Shown piece after piece: positions 13,601 through 24,660 of a stretch of 64,000 nucleotides of DNA. Position 1 is the first letter of the stretch, and each line of letters starts with the position of its first letter. The notes beneath the pieces were generated by a model. The model was not told the DNA's origin. It searched no databases and was given only the letters and a program-made list of their open reading frames with translations. A program made the translations under genes and the position numbers. Source of the DNA: Phoronis australis (taxonomy: Eukaryota > Animalia > Phoronida); contig NMRA01000004.1 of the NCBI GenBank assembly GCA_002633005.1, positions 315,846 through 379,845 of the forward strand, read 5' to 3'.

Positions 13601-14541
13601 TATTGGGGGATTTTAGTTAATAGATTCCAATCACTTCACCACTACTGGCATAGTGCTCGATATTCTCATAGTCTTCAAATGTTTTATGTCCAGAGCTCTG
13701 AAATACAGGGGTTCCCTTGACAATTCATCGTTAATTGACAGTTTTGCTGCTTGTTCCAGTTTTCTATTTATGTTTTGATTTCTTGATTGTAGATTGGAAC
13801 CAAACGTCGTACAATGGCACTATTCCCATTCCATCAGACGATTACAAACTTATTTTGCCTCTGGTTCTTCAACATCTCTGTCCAGTTCCCGTTGCGTTCA
13901 TTGGCCTCGGCGCGGTCTCTGCAGCTGTCATGTCGTCTGCCGACTCGTCAGTGCTGTCGGCTAGCTCCATGTTTGCCAGAAACATCTATAAGTTGGTGCT
14001 TCGTAGAAGAGCTAGTGAACGGGAAGTGGTTTGGGTAATGCGAATAACCATCTTCGTCGTAGGTGCCATCGCAGCGACTATGGGAATAACAATCAAAACT
14101 GTGTATGGGTTGTGGTATCTCTGCGCGGACTTGGTTTACGTAATTCTATTTCCACAGCTCCTATGTGTTATCTACTACAAGTACTCTAACACGTACGGTT
14201 CCGCGTTGGCATTCATTCTGGGTTTGATATTCCGTTTAGCTGGTGGGGAAAATCTTATCAGCTTGCCACCTTTCTTAAAATATCCCTTTTATAGCGTGGA
14301 CACCTCCGAACAGTTGTTTCCGTTCAAATCACTTAGTATGCTGATATCTCTTTTCACTATGGTGCTGTTGTCTGGCTTGTTCCACTGGATCTTTGTTCCT
14401 CGGAAGGAGAAATCAAAGTTCGACATATTTGGTATCAGAAGACGACACATTATGTTGACGACATCTGGTGACAAAGACTTTCAAAGGGGTGTGGATAATG
14501 ACGGTTTTGTCAGCACGACCACAATTGACACAAAATTATGA
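4467..14541 (+). CDS. SLC5A7: High-affinity choline transporter 1-like (SLC5A7/CHT1), paralog A; join(4467..4641,6785..6898,10045..10200,10982..11130,12995..13144,13347..13476,13793..14541), 540 aa
   Basis: All introns are GT-AG with consistent phases; total 1623 nt. CHT1 signature motifs: [117 protein letters not shown]. Confidence 0.95.
4651..5758 (+). mobile_element. Non-autonomous Helentron-like (HINE/DINE-1/pearl-type) element, copy 1, in A intron 1
   Basis: Starts tttttatgcacccac, has degenerate ~150-bp internal repeats and ends ttgctcttgt, like copies 2 and 3. Confidence 0.65.
6785..6898 (+). CDS. SLC5A7: CHT1-like A coding exon 2 ([14 protein letters not shown]...LSLVL)
   Basis: tttcag acceptor, G|gtaagt donor, 114 nt. 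Confidence 0.93.
7230..9211 (-). mobile_element. TTAA-flanked DNA transposon remnant (Kolobok-like) with a THAP-domain fragment
   Basis: ttaa|ag ... ct|ttaa ends with degenerate inverted similarity. Minus-strand [11 protein letters not shown]...LHNFPTDP...RAWNRFV starting at 8924 is the N-terminal half of a THAP C2CH finger, truncated by a stop. Confidence 0.55.
9303..9560. mobile_element. Small MITE-like element
   Basis: Ends caagcgcacccagac / ggctgggtctgcgcatg are imperfect inverted repeats; internal poly-C. Confidence 0.4.
10045..10200 (+). CDS. SLC5A7: CHT1-like A coding exon 3 ([20 protein letters not shown]...ILSAL)
   Basis: tttcag acceptor, G|gtatgt donor, 156 nt. Confidence 0.93.
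10982..11130 (+). CDS. SLC5A7: CHT1-like A coding exon 4 ([11 protein letters not shown]...VGL)
   Basis: ttccag acceptor, |gtaagc donor, 149 nt. Confidence 0.93.
11142..12114 (+). mobile_element. Non-autonomous Helentron-like (HINE) element, copy 2, in A intron 4
   Basis: Sub-terminal inverted repeat atgcgcccacg (11149-11159) / cgtgggcgcat (12080-12090), (cgtc/gtcc)n microsatellite near the 5' end, internal ~150-bp repeats, 3' hairpin caacgctctgcgttg (12093-12107), T-rich flanks. Confidence 0.8.
12765..12870. repeat. Degenerate (GGT)n trinucleotide repeat
   Basis: Directly visible. Confidence 0.85.
12995..13144 (+). CDS. SLC5A7: CHT1-like A coding exon 5 ([13 protein letters not shown]...GGIPWQ)
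   Basis: atatag acceptor, CAG|gtaaac donor, 150 nt. Not in the ORF track; translated by hand. Confidence 0.92.
13347..13476 (+). CDS. SLC5A7: CHT1-like A coding exon 6 ([12 protein letters not shown]...GASA)
   Basis: ttacag acceptor, G|gtatgg donor, 130 nt. Confidence 0.93.
13793..14541 (+). CDS. SLC5A7: CHT1-like A terminal coding exon (DWNQTSY...IDTKL*)
   Basis: ttgtag acceptor; 749 nt to TGA; corresponds to exons 7+8 of paralog B. Confidence 0.94.
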
Positions 14542-14747
14542 AACAAGTTTATTTCTAATGTTTTAACTAACTTCTTAAGCAGATATTATGCCATGTTGTC
14601 ATGATTATTCATTTGGAAACCTCCATTGTGCTACACGTAATTGTAATGATTATTTTCATTTTAATTACGTTATTTGGGTTTTTAAGTGAATTTTACAACG
14701 TTAGTTTTTAGCCCTAACATTAATAGTAATAAAACTACAAAACTTTC

Positions 14748-15066
14748 CACGAGAACATTCTTATTTGGATATATACATCTCAAACGTTTCGCTGGACTTA
14801 GGTAAGCAGGTCAGTGACTATACAACTAGTAAAACGGATCCATAGAAGACTACAATCTCACCACAAAGAATCGCATAACAAGACCATAGATGTAGCCGTA
14901 TTGATGTAACATTATCATTCAAAGAGTACCGTAATGAGATTCAATAATTAGTTTATGATGTTTAGTTTGGAACCATTTATTGGTCGCTGATGATGCTTGG
15001 CTGAAGTTCACCGAAATGTCTGAAAGTGCATATTTGTAAATATACACAAAGAGGAATGTTCTCGTG
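14748..15066. mobile_element. Inverted pair of Penelope-like element ends just downstream of the paralog A stop
   Basis: cacgagaacattc...aaacgtttcgctggactta...cagtgac (14748-14818) is inverted relative to gtcgctgatgatgc...ccgaaatgtc...gaatgttctcgtg (14983-15066). The CTGATGA...CGAAA pattern is typical of Penelope-like ends. Confidence 0.45.
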
Positions 15067-15529
15067 AAGTGAAAAATTTCGGCGTTTTATTTCTGTTCAT
15101 TTACCTCAATTTTATTTGGATAAGTAACGTGTATTTTATTATAAAATTGTTATGCTTTCTACTTAGGTAAACGTTTTCGTACTGTTGAATTAGTGGTTGT
15201 GGTATAACTTGCTTACAAATACAGTGATGACCAGTATGCATTTGTTCAACATGGTCTGCGTTCCGTTTCAGGAAACTGACTTAAGACAGAAATTCGGTTT
15301 TACGCTTCACACAAAAATTTCTGAAAAACATTTAAATCTCACTTGAGCAAAAATGCAGTCTGACAATATGCACGTAACTGCTTAATACTAAGATAATTTT
15401 CGATAAATTATTCCTAGGCTAAGTTTTTCTCACGGTATCTCAGTTTGTTAATAAAATTTGAAATGTAATTGAAAGGACTTTCTGTGCACTCGCTCGCGTT
15501 TGCTACTCAGACGTCACGCTGGTCTTAGT

Positions 15530-16340
15530 TAAAAGGTTGATTTTTCAGTAATACAGCTTCTAAATCTATAATGATGTGAGTGTCTAACCTTGGGAGTGTC
15601 TGTTTTAAGGTCCCGCGCAGCACTACCATTCCAACTAATCAAGACGCCGTCCCTCAACTATCAGTTAAGTGCAATGAACAACTCCCTGATCTACAAACTA
15701 TTGCAGCAGTTAGAAAACTTCTTGACCTTAACAAATCTATTGGATCAGAACTCATAACAAATAAAATGATAAAAATGATAGCTAAACAATTATCCTGGCT
15801 GTACCTCTCACAAAATTATTTAATAAGATTATGTTGTCAGGACATTATCCTTCCAATAGGAAATTAGGATTAATGGTGCCACTTCAAAAGAAGGACTGCA
15901 AGTCAGAAGCGTCAAATTATCGCCTCATCATACTCCTTAACACCTTATCCAAAATTCTAGAAATGGTTATATTTCGGAAACTCATTGGACATTTAAACTC
16001 ACACGATCTCATATACCCACTGCACTTTGGCTTTCTACCAGGAAAAGCACAATTTCCCAACTCATTGAAATTATCTATGACATACATATACAGTTTGAAA
16101 ATACTGTAATAATAATGTCAGGTCGACTTAGCTTCTACCTTCGACATGGTTCCCCATGACCTACTCATTTACAAGTTAAGATCGTTTGGAATATCTGGTA
16201 CAGTATATTGGAGTCTTATCTACATGATCGCATCTACAAAGTGCGAATTGATTGCGTGTATCCAATGTCGTCATCTCCTGATTATGTGAATGCGGGTGTG
16301 CCCCAGGGCAGTGTTCTTGGACCATTACTTTTCCTTCTAT
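15530..16340 (+). mobile_element. Decayed LINE (CR1/L2-like) reverse transcriptase fragment
   Basis: Frameshifted motifs VPLQKK..SNYRLIILLNTLSKILE, HFGFLPGK, DLASTFDMVPH, GVPQGSVLGPLLF. Confidence 0.85.
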
Positions 16341-17470
16341 GGACGTCATTTTTGTTATTGTGTCCACCATGACGTCATTGGTCTGGAATTCGCTGTAATA
16401 ATGACGTGATTGGTTGGATTGAAAGGTGTTCCTTGGATACGAGGAATGGCAAAAATGGATCATGAGATGGTACAATCTTACAAAAATACGACATTCTCTC
16501 TATTTTAACGAAATGATTTATTTGTTAAAATGACCAGATCGGCCCAAAGCTCCGCGTATAAACAAGTGCTTTGCACAATAGTCACCAACGCACATTGTTC
16601 CTCTTTTTGGAGGCATAATATACAAATTTCATAACTGAGATATTAGGTTAACATAAAAGTTTATAAAGCTTAAACGGAGAAGCCTTTGTCCGTATGTTCT
16701 TACTTAAAGCGTCGTAAACTACCAAAAAGTGATTCACCCTTGATACAATTCCACGATCACAATACTCACTCTGTCTTTACATTCCAAATGGCGGCCAGTT
16801 TCCATAGGCAATGCACCAGTCTCGACTGGCTCCAGCAGACAGTAAAGCTTTTATAGGAGCTTCATACACCGGAAGCTTTTCGGCGAATTACGCCTCGCGC
16901 AAAACATCAAAGTCACGTTATGCTAAGTACCTTTTACCCATAGAGGGACACCTTAGAAGGCCGTCGACGTATTAAATACATCGAATGTATGAGCTACCTC
17001 ATTTTGGGGGTCCAGTTTGCAATTTGTCTGTCATGGGTCATTCGGTTTTCAGCCCGGTACTATTATCCGTTTTAAATCAATTTCGGCCGGTACCTGGATT
17101 ATCTAATTTAGGTAATTTTTGGTCCCCCTTTAAGGTTCCCAGGGGTCACACCCATAGTGCGGACGAAAGCAGATGTCCATTTTTGTATATACTGAGGTGG
17201 ACTCTAAATGCCCCTATAGTCAGATGTTGGTACCTCCGGCTCGTTCATCTGTGTTAAGTGCTCTGGGCTGCCGGTGCATTTATTCATAGTGATTGGATGC
17301 CCTCCGATGTGGATGCTCCCCATCCGATGTGGATGCCAGGGGGGCATAACCCCTTCGCCCCCTCCCCTTCTGCACGTTACTGCTGTGTACCGTTTGGTTA
17401 CAAATCATCTTGCTGTTTGTTCATATCGCACGCCATCAATCTTACGGTTCATGATAATGATTTAGTTCGT

Positions 17471-17864
17471 TGAAAACACGACTAAACTTTTGTTTGAAAG
17501 CTTGATATTTCACTACGAATATGTTCATTACACTTATTGCCTGATGATGAGATATGCAGTCTCGAAATATAGCTAGTGTTTTAATTTGTTTGTTCGTTGT
17601 GTCTCTTGGTGCTTTGCTTTATAGCTGCGTACCTGGGTCCAGTTGCATAAAAGTTATACGCCGTATAGTAACAAAGACGTCGCATTATTACGCGTCACGT
17701 TGTTATTGTTGAACAATGCACCTGACGTCATGCAACAATCAATCTTATCCAGAGGATAACTTTTGAAGCTTTATGCAACTCAGCCCAGAAAAAAGGAGAT
17801 TCTCCTAACACTACCAGCGAATCAGTATCAAGCTTTCAAACAAAAAGTTTAGTCATGTTTTCAA
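17471..17864. mobile_element. Penelope-like remnant with a ~37-bp inverted repeat and a degenerate hammerhead motif
   Basis: tgaaaacacgactaaacttttgtttgaaagcttgata (17471-17507) is inverted at about 17827-17864; ctgatga-tgagatatgcagtctc-gaaa at 17541-17567. Confidence 0.45.
17633..17788. mobile_element. MITE (PIF/Harbinger-like), same family as 44571-44725
   Basis: TIRs ctgggtccagttgcataaa / tttatgcaactcagcccag. Confidence 0.7.
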
Positions 17865-18211
17865 TGAAGGCTGCTACCGAACTGATAGTGATAAAGTTCT
17901 AAGAACAAATCCGGAGAGTCAATTGTATGCGTGAAAGCTGAAAATAATGATTTAAACTATCCAAAACGTACTATAATGTTATAGTTAAAAGACTTCTTAT
18001 AAAGTTCAAACAAACAAATTAAGTAGTTGTTCATTTTGATTTATTATAGTTCTGCGTGACCTTGGTTGTGTAATGGGAAAGAAATGAGACAGATATTCAT
18101 TTTTTATCAACTAAAATGTTTCATTAACCTTGACATGAAGTGGGTGGCGCATCCTTTTTACAAAACTCGCCACATCACACACGCGTAACTAGTTTACACC
18201 CGACCAGCGTC

Positions 18212-21200
18212 ATGATTAGACTTATCGTAATTTTTGCGGTGCTGTTGTCGATGTATGCATTGTTTTGTGGAGGTGAGGATAATATCTAATAACATAAAGC
18301 AAGGTATTATAGCTTGGTAAAATGAAATTTCTCCATGTTTGTTTCTTTGTCTAAAATTTTGCTTGATATTTTTGAACTGAAATTTCTCTACGTCTGTTGC
18401 TTTTTCGTAGTTTATTAATTTTTGTTTGCACGCACGATTTTTTCATTCGATTGACATGAAATTCACATACATCGTGTATCTTATTAAAATCTTTGGGCGA
18501 AATCGGTCCAAAGGTGGCACTGTGATGACCATTTTCGATTCGCAGAGCTCTAGCTCCGTGGTTCCGTGGCATATTGTTCTGAAATTTGTTATGTACATAG
18601 TTCTTGTCAAGGGCTATTGAAAATTTGGAATCAGTTTCTTACTACGACCTACTGTTGGCGAGTTATTCGAGATTTTCCGATGGCTGTTCTTTTATCATAA
18701 TACTTCTCGTGCTACAGCTCCGGCTTCATTCGACTAACTTGTCTGCAGTTTTGGTTGGTGAAAAGTACATTTCTGGATCCAACTTAGGGTTCTCCAGGTT
18801 TACTAATGAACAGTCTCCGACACTGTTACATTTCTTAGGCTTCAGAACCTTTATTTATATGCGAGCATTTTTCGCTCTATTCACGAGTTATGCGAGATTT
18901 AATTATGACGGTGATCGGACACTGGACGTTTCTCAAGCTCCAGTGCCATCATGTGTCTCAAGGCCTAAGAACAACATGGGTAATATACCCTTCCTGTTAT
19001 TCGGTCAACCAATAGATAATATGCATTTTACATTGGATTTTTATGTGCTTTTCCTTTTCACTTTGGTCATCGGAAGTGTCGTTGCCAACTATTAGTGGCG
19101 TTTTTGGCAGTGATAGTGGACGTTGGAAGAGTTGTGATATGCAACGCCGGTAGTCAATTTCGGCTTCGGTGCCCTCAGGTTTAGCGTCAAGTCATCAGCG
19201 TTTTCGAATGTTGTTGCAGCTCGACAGTGGTGTTCTAGTCATTTGCCTGTTTGCTTCGGCGTGGCCGAGGACGTGATCACTGACAGCGCTGGCTGCGGTA
19301 TTAACACCATTAATACTGCGTTCGGCATTGACATTTTTGTCGGCTAAATGATCTCGTCCAAGCGTTGTTGTCATCATCGGCGGCGGATCCAGCCTCGCTG
19401 TCAAATTAAGCCTTCTTTACAAATAAATCACAAGGCACTGAGTCATCTAGATTGTTTTATGAGCAGTTTGAATAAACATATATCAACATTTAAAAATAGG
19501 CAGGTTTCCTGTTACCCCAGGTTAGGACAAGGGGTACACAACATTCATATTTGTACATGTAACTTTAACTTTAACATGTCAACTTTAAGCTTTCAATCGT
19601 ACCCTGGCCTCGTACGTAGCCTTCATTGATTAACCCCTGTTACACGGGTAAATGTCGACGCCAAGATAATTTGTTGTAGGCCTTCAGTTACATTTTTATC
19701 CGGCCAGGAATCGAACACGCGCCCCCGGCTGTCGCAGTCTGCTGCCTTCACCACCAGGTCAACCAGGAATGCCCTTGAATGCTTGATAAAAATATGACTT
19801 TGGACACTTTTTACCGCATACAGCGTAATGATACCCGGTGTTTTATTGCAAAGTGGGGTCCATGGAAGACTTTAGGGTAATCTCTCCGATTAACGAATTT
19901 CATCTGAGGTAATTATGTGGGGACCCGTTGCATCAGTTAACACCGCTGGACAAGACGCCGTTGAACGCTTATGAGTTTTGTGAAATAGTTCCTTATGGCA
20001 AATTTTAACACAAACTGCAGCGACCATTTACAAACGTTTGCTTACGACAGTTTTTGCTAACCAGTTCTATTCGATTTTTTCTTCAGCGGCGTAATTTCGT
20101 TTGTTATTTCTGTTTGGGGCTAGTGATTGGTCTCGACGCAAAGTGCAATCACGTGTCTCCAAAACTTGAGTCTTTACTTTCACAGTGTGTTCGACGCCAA
20201 TCCCTTACTTACATCATAGAACTATAGAAGTGGACCCTAGGGTTCTATGCTTACTTTGAGTATATGTTGGTCATTTGTTTTGATACGGTGTTTTGCACTA
20301 GATGCGTACAATTATTACCGCGTCAAGATAACACAAGGCGTGATTACAGACACAATAGAAATTTAACGCCCCAGTTGACCTGAGGTGAGCAACTGCAGTG
20401 CGTCAATGATTTTTTTGTGCCAATGACGCGGTAGTTATTGATGTCGAGTCGATGTTGTTGGTGATGTACTTTTCTGCGTCACCAGCTACGTCTTGGTCGT
20501 CGTTAGTGTCATGACCATAGACATGTGCATCTTAATACTGTGATGTATATGGTCATGACCGTCATCATTGTGGTGTGTGTGTTTCTGCTTTCCTCGTCGA
20601 CATCATTTCCCACTTTAATATTTGATTTCGTAAAGTGTCGCTTCTTCAGCACATCAATAAGTTCAATTGAAATCGGTTACGAACTGCCTTCCGTCAATAG
20701 TCTTTTGACTGAGACCATTTACAGTTGTAAAATTGTTACTAAGAGGGGATTTACGGAGGCTCTACAAAATTGTAGGTCACGAAAGGTCACTATGTGCCGA
20801 GCACGGTCTCGAGCTATAACGAACTTCAGTTCCTTCCAGTCCCAGAAACCAATTTTCATCCCAACAAGGAACGAATTGGGATAGCGGTAAATAGTCTAAA
20901 TAAAGGAATTCGCTTCTTTGTCGGATCGCGGGTTCATAGGTACTTATATACCCAACTGAACGATAAAAAAAATAAAATTGTCGCTCTCCGAAACCCCACT
21001 GAAAGTGATTCTTGCAGGGCTTCTTGTGTTTTCCAATTTTTTGCATTCACAAATGCTTTATCGACAATTCTTTTCCCATTCCAACTCCTGCAAGACAAAA
21101 GTGTACTCCAGTGTTTGTAAACTCCCAGATATTTGCAGAATTATTCCCACAAAATAGTATACTTAATTTGACTTCCTTTTTGATTAGCGTTTAATTACCA

Positions 21201-22435
21201 GATATGAGTATTTTGCAAATTAACAAAAGCACAATTCAGCTCGAAGTATGACAATGTAAATCGCAAATTATATATTCATCATTGCAGCGTTACGTTGTCA
21301 CGACTGCTACGGCGACAACTGTACTAATCTGAATGGGTGTGAAACATCAGGAAAATGTTTCATACGGGTAGATCCCAATGGCGGTAAGAATTGCATCAAT
21401 TCACCTTATGTCCATTACACAAGACATTTTTATTGACTGCTTTTAAATGGATGGAGCTGGCGTAATGCAATTACAGTTTTTTTCAAACTATTTTCATTTT
21501 TGTGGGGGTTAACGTCGGTATACAAAAAAAATATGGAAAGTTGACCTCTATTACTACTACGATTTACATTTTTTGATAAGTTGGTGAACATCAGATCCCA
21601 TGATACCAACGCACTAAATCTTTTAGTTCCGATGATGGAATATATTGACTTTTATTTTCGCCAATTTAGAAACCAGAAAGTGTTGAGTTTCATCAACTGT
21701 GAGACACCACTGAAGCAGGAACGTTTCGTGAATTGTAGTATGTGTATTTTAGTTTTCACTGACAATTCAAAAAGTGAAGTTCATAGCCATTCAACTGTGG
21801 CAGGTATTTGGTGGTGCACCACCATAAAATTGACTTTGAAATTCCGTATTTTTGGGAGATTTGGAAATACATGATTACATGTTGAAATAGCGTGTCTTAG
21901 TTAGAAGTTTAATCTAGATTGGTGTAATGACAAATGCTCTTTATGAAGTTTTTAATTGAAAAGAAGCAGAAAGATGAACATTAATACATATATGACAGAA
22001 ATGCAGTTGTACACTGTACATTAATACATTTCAACATTTTTGTCTTGTCACAAATCTTGTTTTTATTTTCAAGCTGTTTACCGCGGTTGTGCAAACGAGA
22101 ACAGTTGGTGGAGATTGAAGGTGAACTACACAGGGTGTAAGGATCAGAAAGCGGGGGGATGGAGCATCGACGGAGAATTCAAGATGGTTGAATGGTGCTT
22201 CTGTGACAAAGAGGACAATTGCAACGGAGTGGACATTGAAGAACTTAGAAAAGGTATGTGATAGAGTCTGGGTTAGTTCCGAAAGCGCACGAATCTCGTG
22301 AAGGAAGCTTGAGTGATCACGTGCTTCCCTTGCGAAATCTTGCGTTTTCGTAAGGTTCGAGCATGTATAAGATGTACGCTTTATCTTTGAGTGAACGTTT
22401 TTGTCTTATTTTTCACAGTGTCATTCGAAAGTTAA
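18212..22435 (+). CDS. Secreted Ly6/uPAR (three-finger, quiver/sleepless-like) protein; join(18212..18272,21288..21383,22074..22253, then uncertain last exon, e.g. 22419..22435)
   Basis: Exon 1 is a hydrophobic signal peptide MIRLIVIFAVLLSMYALFCG with G|gtgag phase-1 donor. Exon 2: ALRCHDCYGDNCTNLNGCETSGKCFIRVDPNG. Exon 3: AVYRGCANENSWWRLKVNYTGCKDQKAGGWSIDGEFKMVEWCFCDKEDNCNGVDIEELRK. Ten Cys with LxCxxC start and CxCx5CN end; all introns phase 1. The 3' end is ambiguous. Confidence 0.8.
19561..19774 (-). mobile_element. tRNA-derived SINE
   Basis: Minus-strand head with A-box-like TGACCTGGTGG and B-box GTTCGATTCC, an unrelated body, and an (aagtta)n tail. Confidence 0.65.
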
Positions 22436-24192
22436 TGTACTTTCTGTCTTAGTTCATGGCCGCTGAAATTTTGACAAACTCTATCTTTAATGATCTGCTT
22501 GTTGTCCTTACGCAATTTTTTTTAATACAGGATGAGGATTCAGTCACTGGAAATTTCACTGCAACAGCCGGTCAAGGCATAACTGTACGGAAGTCTAATA
22601 GCCGGGTCGGACCTAGGGGTTCCCATGAACTCAAAGGGTATATTCTGCAATTTGAAATCCTCACGGCATGCACTTAGCGGGGTTTTTTTGTTGTTGCCAA
22701 GGCGAAGCTGGGTTCTTCGTGGTCTTTTTCGCAGCCGCATTGAAAATCAATTGGGAATTTGTTAAAAACCATTAGACTGGAGTGTCTGCCATTGCTGGAA
22801 TGATACAACGAACAATTTTTATGATCAAAGTGAGTACCAGAAATACGACTGTTGGTTCAGATTTGGGCTCTAAAGTTGAAAAATTAGGACAAAATGTTGA
22901 AAGTTTTGTGAAAAAATGAAATGTCAGTAAAACCTTTTTCAGGAGAAACTATAAACACTGTAATTGATGCATTTTTGAGATGTTCAGGATTGCTAGACAT
23001 AATGTTTGAATGATGATTTTAAACGACCCATGATATTGTACTGATACAAAGATGGATGACATAGTGTAGCCTCCCATTGAGAGGTGCCCGGCAGGTGATG
23101 ATAAAGTTAATCGGTTTCAAAATGTTAATATATCACCAATACATATAAATCCTCGTGGCATCATAGATTACAGACAACAGATTCGCAACTCCGGCATTTT
23201 CTTGCTTACTATCCTAGAGGCGGCGCCACTCTCCTAAATTATCTATTTCAGTTTCCCGTTAGTGTATTGTGACGACACAACCGCCGACCAGGCTCCTGTT
23301 CAGTAACGCTAGGACCTCGCTAAAATGCAAGACTTTGGCGTGTATTTTAAGCGAGAACACATGACGTTTAATACATTTTAGCAAGGTCCAAGCGTAGGTC
23401 CTAACGTTACTGAACGCACGCATGATTAGCCGACGACTTGTCGGAAATGAAATTTGGCCAGTTGTCGCCAGTCGGAATAATGACGTTACGGCTTCTGTAA
23501 GAGTGCAGATTTGGTCCATTGAAAGTATACGAAGTTGGCAGTTCATGTTCTATAATCTGTGGTGTCATGCATTTAAACCAGCTACCTCAAAAACGAAAAA
23601 CGAATTTAGGGTTTTACGACCATCAACTCTAGCAATTCTTACATTCATTATCCTGTTTAGCTGGTTCACAAACGAAAATCGAATTAAGCGTTTTACTTTA
23701 ATCACGGTCGGTCTCATAGTATTCCTTATTGTGACACGATTCTATTACCTACCAACAAGAACATCGAAACCCTCAGTGATTGAAGAAAACTTTTCAGAAT
23801 TTATTGGGGCTGGGAAAACCTTAAAATTGCGAAATCGGGAAATGGCGCTGATCTATTTACTGTTTTGAATTGGTAAGGGAAATCATGACCAAGGTAAGAA
23901 ACATTACGAGACCGCTTTGGCTAGACTATAAGGCGTTATTTATTTTTTTTTTGTTTTAGAGCCAGCTAATCAGGGCGAAGTTATTTTTGTTGTTCCCAAA
24001 ACCTTGTTTTAAGCTACGGTGTCCGTTTCGTTCCCATACCGGATGGCATCACGAGACCATTTCGGAAATATGTTGTAGACTGAGATGTATGTGAGAGATA
24101 ACGTCCAGACATGTTTAAACAGACTAAATATGCACGTGGAATACGGCTGTTGACTCACTTGTGTGTTAAAGAATCCCTCCCTCCCTCTAGTT

Positions 24193-24660
24193 CTCTCCCT
24201 CTCCCTCTCCCTCTCCCTCTCCCTCTCNNNNNNNNNNNNNNNNNNNNNNNNNNNNNNNNNNNNNNNNNNNNNNNNNNNNNNNNNNNNNNNNNNNNNNNNN
24301 NNNNNNNNNNNNNNNNNNNNNNNNNNNNNNNNNNNNNNNNNNNNNNNNNNNNNNNNNNNNNNNNNNNNNNNNNNNNNNNNNNNNNNNNNNNNNNNNNNNN
24401 NNNNNNNNNNNNNNNNNNNNNNNNNNNNNNNNNNNNNNNNNNNNNNNNNNNNNNNNNNNNNNNNNNNNNNNNNNNNNNNNNNNNNNNNNNNNNNNNNNNN
24501 NNNNNNNNNNNNNNNNNNNNNNNNNNNNNNNNNNNNNNNNNNNNNNNNNNNNNNNNNNNNNNNNNNNNNNNNNNNNNNNNNNNNNNNNNNNNNNNNNNNN
24601 NNNNNNNNNNNNNNNNNNNTCTCTCTCTCTCTCTCTCTCTCTCTCCCTCCCTCCCTCCCG
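24193..24660. other. Assembly gap (N, 24228-24619) flanked by (CTCCCT)n/(CT)n microsatellite
   Basis: Directly visible. Confidence 0.98.

Noticed and set aside
19700-19774. tRNA-like sequence on the minus strand
   Set aside because: Has A and B boxes but I could not fold a clean cloverleaf, and it continues into a body with a tandem tail, so it is called a SINE head.
18604-21194. Several 90-160-aa ORFs in intron 1 of the Ly6 gene
   Set aside because: No recognisable motifs or consistent splice structure; probably decayed repeats or chance ORFs.
23866-23868. In-frame TGA as possible selenocysteine
   Set aside because: It would fall in a putative signal peptide, and I saw no SECIS-like element downstream.
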